Assembly (NCBI GenBank): GCA_016788205.1
Contig: JAEUTA010000031.1
Coordinates: 42,576-106,575, forward strand
Length of the DNA stretch: 64,000 nucleotides
Source: Flavobacteriales bacterium
Lineage (GTDB): Bacteria > Bacteroidota > Bacteroidia > Flavobacteriales_F > PHOS-HE28
Direction: 5' to 3'
The notes beneath the pieces are model-generated. The model saw nothing but the letters and a program-made list of their open reading frames with translations, was not told the origin of the DNA and made no database searches. Shown here in pieces: positions 31,173 to 39,067 of this stretch. The position numbers were made by a program, and so were the translations under genes. Each line of letters opens with the position of its first letter. The first letter of the stretch is position 1.

Positions 31173-31912
31173 GCGAAGAACAGTTTGAACGACGCGAACA
31201 ACAAGACCAGACCCAGCACCTGACGCAAGCGTTCCTGGCTGAACCGTTGTGCGCCGATGTAGGCCCCAAATGCACCCCCGGCCAAGGCCGCCGCGATCCA
31301 GATCAGGTGCGCGCTGCTGAAGATGCCGCTGCCTGGAGCGAAGAGCGTGGTGGACATGCTTGCCAAACCGGCCAGGCTGTTCACGAAGATGAACCCTGCA
31401 CTGATCGCGGCGCTTTCCTTCGCGGTGCTCCAGCCGAAGACGAGCAGAAGCGGGCTCAGCAGGATGCCACCACCTATGCCGATCATACCCGAGAACAGGC
31501 CGAGCACCGCACCGATGGCCAACGCCAGGGGCAATGCCGGCGATCGCTTCTGCTCGTTGCTCGCACCGAACAGACCCAGCAAACGCGCCACGGCGATGAG
31601 CAGGCACACGGCGAGCACACGTTTATAGACCACCGCATCCAGTTGCATGCGCGCACCCAGCCACGCGAAGGGCACCGAAGCCGCAGCGAACGGCCAGAAC
31701 AGGTTCCAGCGGAAATGTCCGGCACGGGCGAATTGCGCGAAGGCCATCGCGCTCACGAAGAGGTTCAACGCAAGAGCGGTCGGCCGCACCACCTCGGGCG
31801 CGAAGCCCAGCAACAACATCACCGCGATGTAGCCGCTCGCGCCACCGTGGCCCACGCTCGCATAGAGAAAGGCGACCAGGGCCAATAGCAAAGCGATGGT
31901 GATCTCGTTCAT
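31169..31912 (-). CDS. TSUP-family (TauE/SafE-type) anion exporter, embedded in the Moco operon.
   Basis: 247 aa polytopic membrane protein with the two-repeat TSUP architecture. It is translationally coupled on both sides (ATGA overlaps with moeB and moeA). Confidence 0.75.
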   Translation of the reverse strand: MNEITIALLLALVAFLYASVGHGGASGYIAVMLLLGFAPEVVRPTALALNLFVSAMAFAQFARAGHFRWNLFWPFAAASVPFAWLGARMQLDAVVYKRVLAVCLLIAVARLLGLFGASNEQKRSPALPLALAIGAVLGLFSGMIGIGGGILLSPLLLVFGWSTAKESAAISAGFIFVNSLAGLASMSTTLFAPGSGIFSSAHLIWIAAALAGGAFGAYIGAQRFSQERLRQVLGLVLLFASFKLFFA

Positions 31913-32607
31913 GCGTGGTGCGCTGGGTCGATGGGTGTATCCATGAACTCGCCCACTTCTGGACCCATGATGCGCATCCAGCGCCCCCGCGCACTATCCA
32001 CCAGGTCCATCACGCCTGCCAAGCCATCTCCGCCGTTCAACAGGTCGGTGATGCGCAGTGCCATCAGCGATCCAGTGAGCATTGTCACCGCCGCGGGCAC
32101 ATCACGCATGTCGCAACCCAACTGATCCTCGGAGGGGCGGCCTTGGAAGAACGTGCGCCGTGCATGGTCCACTCCGGCACAGGTGATGACTTGAACCTGA
32201 TGGCCATGCACTGCACCGCTCACGAGCGGAATTCTCAATGCGCGGCACGTCCGTTCGATGAGGGCACGGACCGCGAGATCATCCGTGCAGTCGGCGACCA
32301 CCGTATGGCCGCTTAGGAGCTTCACGCAATTCGCAGCATCCAGAAAGTGATGGTGGCCGACCCAAGTGATGTGATCCGTCGTTGGTCGCATGCGGTCAAG
32401 TGCGGCCTGCACTTTGGGGCGACCAACATCCGCTCGGGCATAGAGTAATTGCCGTGCGAGATTCTTCGCCTCCACGGTGTCGCCATCGATCACGGTGATA
32501 GCTTCAACCTGAAGTGCTCCCAACAAAGGGATCAAAGCGCAACCCGTGCCACCCGCACCCACGATGGCAATGCTCGTGTGCGCTCCGAGGTGCTGCGTTC
32601 CGCCCAT
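31909..32607 (-). CDS. moeB: ThiF/MoeB-family E1-like adenylyltransferase (molybdopterin-synthase adenylyltransferase).
   Basis: IAIVGAGGTGCALIPLL dinucleotide fold. First gene of the Moco operon. Confidence 0.8.
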   Translation of the reverse strand: MGGTQHLGAHTSIAIVGAGGTGCALIPLLGALQVEAITVIDGDTVEAKNLARQLLYARADVGRPKVQAALDRMRPTTDHITWVGHHHFLDAANCVKLLSGHTVVADCTDDLAVRALIERTCRALRIPLVSGAVHGHQVQVITCAGVDHARRTFFQGRPSEDQLGCDMRDVPAAVTMLTGSLMALRITDLLNGGDGLAGVMDLVDSARGRWMRIMGPEVGEFMDTPIDPAHHA

Positions 32608-32628
32608 AGGCGCAAGGTACGCCCAGCC

Positions 32629-33111
32629 CTATTCGATGTACGTGATGTCGAAGCTGGCCGTGATGGTCGCGGAGGTTCCGCCCAAGGGTTCCGTGAGGGG
32701 ACCCATCACAGAGCCGCGGATCCTGTTGGAGCCGGTGTCGTGCGAGTCAATCGTGAGCGTGGCCGGTGTGGCATCCGAACTCTCGTAGGCAAGGCCCATC
32801 CCTGTTGTGTAGAGCGCATGGTTCACATCGGTGGTCATGGCGTAAGTGCCGACTTCGAGCGAGTCCAACTCCAGCGTCAAGGTCATGCCCGCCGTGGAAA
32901 TGCCGTTGATCGTGATGACATCAGCCCCCAGATCACCGAAGAGGCTCGCGTTGGCGCAGAATGACTCTCCTGCGAAGGATGCTTGCAAACGTGCACCGGC
33001 GATGCCGCAGAGGGCCGCTGGAGCGCTCACCACCGGTGCGGCATCATCCTCCTTCTTACAGGAGAAAAGTGAAAGAACGAACAAGAAAGGCAAGGTGGAG
33101 CGAAGATGCAT
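32629..33111 (-). CDS. Lipoprotein, unknown family (paralog A).
   Basis: Lipobox LSLFSC. Paralogous to the next gene (shared CG..GAR.QA...G.SFC...TL.L.LD.L.VGTY...I..HD...R...DVTY). Confidence 0.6.
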   Translation of the reverse strand: MHLRSTLPFLFVLSLFSCKKEDDAAPVVSAPAALCGIAGARLQASFAGESFCANASLFGDLGADVITINGISTAGMTLTLELDSLEVGTYAMTTDVNHALYTTGMGLAYESSDATPATLTIDSHDTGSNRIRGSVMGPLTEPLGGTSATITASFDITYIE

Positions 33112-33155
33112 CGTTGAGGTTTTCCCCCAAGATGCCAGATCCGTGCCACGACCGT

Positions 33156-33647
33156 TCAGGGGTTCACACTGTACGTCACATCCAAGCTACCGGAGATAGC
33201 CTTGCTACTGCCGCTCATCTCGTTGCGCACACGCGCCTGAAAAGTGGCCTTCAGCCTATGCGCTGCGCCATCATGTCCGGTGATGATGACCGATCCAGCG
33301 CTGTCGCTGTCGGTAGTGTACGGTGTACCACCGCTCAGGTAGAGCACTGCGTTATCCGCTTCGCTGATGGTGTAGGTTCCGACACCTAACGTGTCCAATT
33401 GCAGGCTGAGCGTGTTACCCAGCAGGGCGATACCGCTTACTGTAGCGCTGTGCCCATCGGACATGGCGATTATCTGAGCATCGCCGCAGAACGATGATCC
33501 ATCCACCTCGGCTTGTACACGGGCCCCATCGCTACCGCAAGTGCTCGGGATGATGCCCAACTCCTCGGCCACTTCCTGGCCCGCCTTTGCACAGGCGGAG
33601 AGGGTGATGATGGACACGATGAGCAACAGGATGTTGATATGGCGCAT
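33156..33647 (-). CDS. Lipoprotein, unknown family (paralog B).
   Basis: Lipobox ITLSAC. About 35-40% identical by eye to paralog A across the full length. Start at 33647 (MRHINILLL). Confidence 0.6.
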   Translation of the reverse strand: MRHINILLLIVSIITLSACAKAGQEVAEELGIIPSTCGSDGARVQAEVDGSSFCGDAQIIAMSDGHSATVSGIALLGNTLSLQLDTLGVGTYTISEADNAVLYLSGGTPYTTDSDSAGSVIITGHDGAAHRLKATFQARVRNEMSGSSKAISGSLDVTYSVNP

Positions 33648-33751
33648 GGAGAGGTGTTTTGGCGCCCTTGTACGTTGGCCGCTACGCGGGGGATACATGC
33701 AGAAGCCCCGCTCAATCGAGCGGGGCTTCCGTGAAAAGGATAGACAGAGTA

Positions 33752-36595
33752 TCACTGCACCACCACGCGGCTTACGCGCACACCGCCTTCGTGGCGTACG
33801 TTCAGCGTGTACTCACCGGGGGCCAGTCCCTTCAGGTCCATGACGCTCACTCCGTTGGCCGAAACATCCAGGTTGGTGGACAACGACAAACGTCCGGTGA
33901 TGTCATGTACATCCAGGGCCACACGGCCTTTCAGACCAGAGAGGTCGATGTTCACGGTGCCATTGGTCGGGTTCGGCCACACTTTCAGCTCGTTGGCGGC
34001 AGCTGCCTCTGCGATGCTGTTCCCCGTGGAACCCACCGAAACCTGAACCTCTGTCCGCGGTCCGGCGCAAGCCGTGCTGGGCGACTTCACTTCGATGTCG
34101 TAGAAGAAGTAGTAGTACGCGGTGGCGTTGGCACCGCTGGCCGTGCTGCTCGTCATGCTACCCAAGGTGCCCAAAGCGTAAGGGTACGTGGGGTTGCTTC
34201 CAGCACCATCGCGCCACAACTGCGGGTTGCCACCCACCACGCGCAATCCGTAGGGTCCACCAGCTGGTACATTGAAATCGAGGGTAACGCGGCTCTCGCC
34301 GTTAGGGATGTTGAAAGTCCCCGTGGCCACCGTGCTGCCATTGCTCTGGTCGATCACCGCGATCGTGCGATTCGCCGCACCATTGGCATACACCTTCACG
34401 CTGGCGATGATCATGTCCTCATAAGCCGTGAAAAGCTGGTAGTTGTCAGCATTGGTATGATAGATACCGTTCGTGCTGTTGTTGGTACGACCGCCGTAAG
34501 CGATATCCCCGCCATGAATGGTGGTGGACGATACCCAGTAGGACGCGTCGGTATTGAGCACCGGGGTCACGAACGTGGTGCCGGTGCCTAGCACGGCACC
34601 ACCGTTGGCTTGACCGAACCACTCCAGGTTCTCGCCACTGGCCTCGAGCGTGGCGCTGTTGTTGAGGGCCGTGTTCACATCATCGGCAACGGGCGCATTC
34701 GGCGCGTCCAGCACGTCAACATCCACTGCATCGCTGGTAAAATCACCGCACACGCCGGCGATGGTAACCTCGTAAGAGCCGCTGGTGCTGACACTGATGG
34801 TCTGCGCGTTGCCTGCACCGTTGTTCCAAGTGTAGGAAGAAGCCGTGCTGGAAGAGAGCACCACTTCGCCGCCTTCGCAGAACTTGAGGTCGCCGTCGAC
34901 GTTCACGGTGGGCGTCTCATCCGGGCTCTGCTGCACGAAGATGCTGGTGGTACCGGAGCAGCCTTCTCCGTCGTCAATGGTAACGGTGTAGCTGCCTGCC
35001 GTTCCTACGGTGATGCTGCGCGTGGTGGCACCCGTGCTCCAAACATAGTCGTAGCCTTCATCGGCCGTGAGGATGAGCTCATCGCCATTGCCGCAGATGA
35101 TGGGAGCGGTAGGCGTGCTGATCGTAGCCACCGGACTGATGCAGGTGTTCTCGATCACGGTGATGGACTGGTCAACATCCAGATCGGTGAACGTTTCCAC
35201 CAAGCCACTCGGCCAACGGATGGTGAGCGTTGGGATGGTGGTGTTCTGGCCAAGACCGAAGTTGCAGGCGAAAGAAGTGACCATGCCGTAGCTCTCACCA
35301 GCCTTCACCTCGCGGACTTGGGTACCCCATGGACCGGTGATGGTGACACGCGCGCCAACGGCATCGCGGTTGCTGATGGTGCCTTGCAGGCGCACGGTGA
35401 AGTAATGGTTCGTGTTGCCGTCGTTCAGCCAAAGGCGGTCGGGGTTATTAGCGTCCGGGGTGATGTAGCCCCCGCCGTAGTTGGCGAAGAGGTCGATGAA
35501 GCCATCATTGTTGAGATCCCCCGTTGCAAAGCTGTGCAGGTCCTTACCGGCGGGCAGCAGGTTGTTCAGTTGTGTGAAGGTGCCGTTGCCGTTGCCCTTG
35601 AAGATGTACTCGTCGCCACCAGCGATCACCACGTCCAAGTAGCCGTCGTTATCCAGGTCCACGAATTTGCTCTGGAGGAAGAAGCCGTTCACTTCCATGC
35701 CGCAGCCGGAGGTGACATCGGCGAAGTGGCCTGTGCCGTCGTTCTCGAAGAGCTGGATGGTGGCATCATGGTTCGTTGCCACCATATCCAGATCGCCATC
35801 GTTGTCGTAATCACCGAAGTCGGCTGTCCATGTCTGGTTGCGGATCTCCAGGCCATAGCTGGCGGCTTGGTCGCTGTAGCTGTTGCTGCCGTTGTTCACG
35901 AACAGGCGATTCCAGCGGCGGCAATCGTTGGGGTCGTTCACCCCCTGGCGGCAGTGGGCGATGTAGAGATCCAGGTCATCGTCGCCATCGAAATCCGAGA
36001 AACAGCTGCCGTAGTTGCCGCTCATATCACCCGCCGTACCGGAGCAGGCGGTGGCCCAGTTGACGTAAGCGTTGTTGTTCATCGGCACACCACCGGCGTT
36101 GGTGAACCACAGGTTCGGAGCACCATCGTCATGGCAGGCGAACACATCCACGCGACCGTCGTTGTCCACGTCGCCCATGCTCATGGCCTGGGTGAAGATG
36201 TCCGGTCCGTTCAGGTCAGCCAGGGTGTACACGCCAGGGCTGGTGATGCGTACATAGTGGGAGCCGTCGTAGCTACCACCGCTGACCATGTCCTTGTGCC
36301 CGTTGTTATCCAGATCGGCGATAGCCCAACCCCACTGGCCGCTGTTACTAACCTGGCCGTAGTCCACCAAGGTGAACGTGCCGTCCGCGTTCTGGTAATC
36401 CACTTGGAACTGCCTTGCGTTGTGCAGTTTGGCGATGTCGTCCAGTCCATCACCGTTCATATCCACCACACCCATGCAACCGCCACTGATGGTGACGTTG
36501 CTCATGCGGTCGGTGGCATTGGTGAAGCTCAACTGCGCCATGGTCAGTGGCGCAACGAGCAAGGCCGGAATGCCGAGCGTAAGGTTCTTTAGCAT
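33752..36595 (-). CDS. CRTAC1-like protein: FG-GAP/VCBS repeats plus an ASPIC/UnbV domain, Ig-like repeats and a T9SS C-terminal sorting domain.
   Basis: Signal peptide MLKNLTLGIPALLVAPLTMAQ. DxDxDG calcium-loop repeats (DLDNNGHKD, GDVDNDGRVD, DFDGDDDLD, GDYDNDGDLD, VDLDNDGYLD, GDLNNDGFID). An ASPIC/UnbV segment (NHYFTVRLQG...GARVTI...). A CTD (LKVWPNPTNGTVNIDL...YTLNVRHEGGVRVSRVVVQ). Confidence 0.8.
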   Translation of the reverse strand: MLKNLTLGIPALLVAPLTMAQLSFTNATDRMSNVTISGGCMGVVDMNGDGLDDIAKLHNARQFQVDYQNADGTFTLVDYGQVSNSGQWGWAIADLDNNGHKDMVSGGSYDGSHYVRITSPGVYTLADLNGPDIFTQAMSMGDVDNDGRVDVFACHDDGAPNLWFTNAGGVPMNNNAYVNWATACSGTAGDMSGNYGSCFSDFDGDDDLDLYIAHCRQGVNDPNDCRRWNRLFVNNGSNSYSDQAASYGLEIRNQTWTADFGDYDNDGDLDMVATNHDATIQLFENDGTGHFADVTSGCGMEVNGFFLQSKFVDLDNDGYLDVVIAGGDEYIFKGNGNGTFTQLNNLLPAGKDLHSFATGDLNNDGFIDLFANYGGGYITPDANNPDRLWLNDGNTNHYFTVRLQGTISNRDAVGARVTITGPWGTQVREVKAGESYGMVTSFACNFGLGQNTTIPTLTIRWPSGLVETFTDLDVDQSITVIENTCISPVATISTPTAPIICGNGDELILTADEGYDYVWSTGATTRSITVGTAGSYTVTIDDGEGCSGTTSIFVQQSPDETPTVNVDGDLKFCEGGEVVLSSSTASSYTWNNGAGNAQTISVSTSGSYEVTIAGVCGDFTSDAVDVDVLDAPNAPVADDVNTALNNSATLEASGENLEWFGQANGGAVLGTGTTFVTPVLNTDASYWVSSTTIHGGDIAYGGRTNNSTNGIYHTNADNYQLFTAYEDMIIASVKVYANGAANRTIAVIDQSNGSTVATGTFNIPNGESRVTLDFNVPAGGPYGLRVVGGNPQLWRDGAGSNPTYPYALGTLGSMTSSTASGANATAYYYFFYDIEVKSPSTACAGPRTEVQVSVGSTGNSIAEAAAANELKVWPNPTNGTVNIDLSGLKGRVALDVHDITGRLSLSTNLDVSANGVSVMDLKGLAPGEYTLNVRHEGGVRVSRVVVQ

Positions 36596-36648
36596 GTGAT
36601 CTCCTTGCAGTTGGTTTTGTAAGCAGGCGAATGTAGGGGAGCGGGCCT

Positions 36649-37794
36649 TCAGCGGTCCAGCCCTTCGGCGGTGGACTGTGGAGATCCTGCCGGGGCGGCC
36701 AGGGGGGCATCCGTGCTGGTCTGGCGGCGTATGCTCTCCCGGTGCACGGCGTCCATGAACTCGCGGACGAACGCATCGCTGAGGCCGAGGTGCCCTCCCA
36801 AGCGCAGCTGTCGCCGCATGATGCGCTCCCACCGCTCGGGTTGCAATATGGCCACGTTATGCTCCCGCTTGTGGTCGCCGATGCGGGCGGCGATGTCCAT
36901 GCGGGCACCCATCTTCTGCGAGATCTCCTCGTCCAACTGGTCGATGAGGTCGCGTAGTTCCTCCAAGCGGTCGTGCATGGAAGGCGTGGGCAGGGCCTGA
37001 CGGAAGATGAGGCTCTCCACCAGCGCCGCATAGTCCGCAGGGGTCAGTTGTTGTTCGGCATCGCTGCGAGCCTTGGCTGGATCGGTATGCACTTCGATCA
37101 TAAGGCCACTGAGGCCCAGGTCCAGCGCCTGTTGTGCCACCAAGCCCACTTTGTCTCGACTGCCGGCGATGTGACTGGGGTCCCCCACGATCTCCAATTC
37201 GGGGAAGGCTGCCTTCAAGCGGATGGGGAATTCCCACATGGGACTATTCCGGAAAGGCGTGCGTTCGAACCACGAGAAGCCGCGGTGTATGGCTGCGTAG
37301 CGCTTGAGCCCGGCCCGTTGCAGTCGCTCCAGCGCCCCTATCCATAGTTGCAGGTCCGGATTGATGGGGTTCTTCACGAACACCGGTATGTCCACCCCGC
37401 GCAAAGCATCGGCTATCTCCTGAACACTGAACGGGTTGGGTGTGGTACGGGCGCCGATCCAAAGCATGTCAACGCCGGCCTTCAGGCAGGCCTCCACGTG
37501 CTGCGCCGTGGCCACCTCCGTAAGGGTGAGCAGACCTGTGGACTCCTTCACGGTGCGCAGCCATTCCAGACCAGCATCACCACTGCCTTCGAAAGTCCCG
37601 GGACGCGTACGGGGTTTCCAGAGCCCAGCGCGGAATACCTGCGCCTGCCCTCTCGCTGCCAGGCCACGCGCGGTGGTCAGCATCTGGGTTTCGGACTCTG
37701 CGCTGCACGGGCCGGCGATAAGCAGCGGCCGATGCAGCCCCAGGCCCCAGTCGGCGAAGGGCTGCGGATGCAAGGCGGGAACGGCGGAAGACAT
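36649..37794 (-). CDS. Bifunctional 3-deoxy-7-phosphoheptulonate (DAHP) synthase / chorismate mutase.
   Basis: A type I-beta DAHPS core (LLIAGPCSAESE...VFRAGLWKPRT...) with a C-terminal AroQ-type chorismate mutase domain (RLEELRDLIDQLDEEISQKMGARMDIAARIG). Confidence 0.85.
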   Translation of the reverse strand: MSSAVPALHPQPFADWGLGLHRPLLIAGPCSAESETQMLTTARGLAARGQAQVFRAGLWKPRTRPGTFEGSGDAGLEWLRTVKESTGLLTLTEVATAQHVEACLKAGVDMLWIGARTTPNPFSVQEIADALRGVDIPVFVKNPINPDLQLWIGALERLQRAGLKRYAAIHRGFSWFERTPFRNSPMWEFPIRLKAAFPELEIVGDPSHIAGSRDKVGLVAQQALDLGLSGLMIEVHTDPAKARSDAEQQLTPADYAALVESLIFRQALPTPSMHDRLEELRDLIDQLDEEISQKMGARMDIAARIGDHKREHNVAILQPERWERIMRRQLRLGGHLGLSDAFVREFMDAVHRESIRRQTSTDAPLAAPAGSPQSTAEGLDR

Positions 37795-37917
37795 CGGGCA
37801 CAAAGGTAGCGGGCCCAGAACCCGGCCGCTCGGCCTTCAAAGGGTGAGCGTCGGATCGGCAGGGCAACGAAGACCGCCATCCGACGCGTCCTCTCCATAT
37901 TCGCCTATCCCTATCCT

Positions 37918-39042
37918 GTGCGCCATCCCGTGAAGAAAGTTCTCGCCCTCGTCCTGCTCTTGTTCGCCATTCTGGTCTCCTGTACCAAGGAGAACCTGCA
38001 AGAGAGCCTCGTCGTGTTCGAGGATCAAGGCGATCGTTTGGAACTGGATCCTCAACAATTCCCCTTCAACGCCCTCTCCAGTTACCACTTCTTCAAGGGC
38101 CACATGGCGCTGCAGAAACCCGTTCTGGGCGTTCTGCCCTATGCACCCATCAACGCACTGTTCAGTGACTACGCGCACAAGTTCCGCTTCGTGTGGATGC
38201 CTGCTGGTACGCACGCCACCTACAATGGCGACAACGAGGTGCTGGACTTCCCGGACGGTACGGTGCTGATCAAGACCTTCTATTACGACCGGGTGCAGCC
38301 CGCAGATGTGCGCCGCCTCGTGGAGACCCGCCTGCTTTTCAAACGCAACGGCGCATGGGAATTCGCCAACTACGTGTGGAATGCCCAACAGACCGAGGCT
38401 ACGCTGGATCTGAACGGGAGCTACACCCCCATAACTTGGGTGGAAGAGGGCGGTGCCACGCGCACGGTGAATTACCGCATTCCGTCCCAGGCCGAGTGCT
38501 TCACGTGCCACAAATTCGATGGCGTTTCCACACCCATCGGTCCCAAACCGCAGAACCTCAACAGTCTTTTCAGCTACGGCGACAAAACCGGTTTCGCGAA
38601 CACAGCGAACAAGAACCAACTCGCCCACTGGGTTCAGCAGGGCTACCTACAGCCGGGTTTCCCCAAGCGGATCGCCACTGTGCCACGTTGGGAAGATGTC
38701 GCCCTGCCGCTGACCGATCGCGTACGCGGCTACGTGGACATCAATTGCGCCCACTGCCATCGCGAGGGAAGCCACTGCGACTACCGGCCCATGCGCTTCG
38801 CCTACAGTGAAACCGCCGACCCAGAGAACCTGGGGGTCTGCGTGCCACCGGACGACCCTCTGTTGCCGCAGCACACGTTCATCGTCGCTCGCGGCAATAC
38901 CGCACGCTCTCTGTTGCACTATCGCGTAGCCGCCACCGATGAGGCCGAACGCATGCCGCTCCTGGGGCGCACCCTCGTGCATGATGAGGGCCTCGCCCTG
39001 ATCACCGAGTGGATCAATAGTCTTTCTCCCGCCTGCCCGTAA
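37918..39042 (+). CDS. Diheme c-type cytochrome lipoprotein. Its C-terminal domain resembles the planctomycete-type cytochrome c (PSCyt1-like) pattern.
   Basis: Lipobox LVSC. Two CxxCH motifs (CFTCHK, CAHCHR). The second is followed ~65 aa later by RSLLHYRVAATDEAERMPL, resembling the PSCyt1 '...SlL..ri....deeeRMPP' tail. Confidence 0.65.
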   Translation: MRHPVKKVLALVLLLFAILVSCTKENLQESLVVFEDQGDRLELDPQQFPFNALSSYHFFKGHMALQKPVLGVLPYAPINALFSDYAHKFRFVWMPAGTHATYNGDNEVLDFPDGTVLIKTFYYDRVQPADVRRLVETRLLFKRNGAWEFANYVWNAQQTEATLDLNGSYTPITWVEEGGATRTVNYRIPSQAECFTCHKFDGVSTPIGPKPQNLNSLFSYGDKTGFANTANKNQLAHWVQQGYLQPGFPKRIATVPRWEDVALPLTDRVRGYVDINCAHCHREGSHCDYRPMRFAYSETADPENLGVCVPPDDPLLPQHTFIVARGNTARSLLHYRVAATDEAERMPLLGRTLVHDEGLALITEWINSLSPACP

Positions 39043-39067
39043 ACCGATCAAAACCGACCTGCAAGTC

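Noticed and set aside
29970-31607. A 545 aa version of MoeA starting at 31607 (and similar 5' extensions on moaC, mobA, rimP, the MORN protein, the delta-60 protein and CRTAC1).
   Set aside because: The extensions overlap the preceding genes for hundreds of nt, are Arg-rich junk, and family-typical N-termini begin at internal Met codons. For MoeA the ATG at 31172 forms an ATGA overlap with the TSUP stop.
33659-36592. Long plus-strand ORFs (310 and 660 aa) antisense to the first CRTAC1-like gene.
   Set aside because: The minus strand encodes an FG-GAP/ASPIC/T9SS protein with a signal peptide. The plus-strand products are Val/Ala/Gly/His-rich nonsense.
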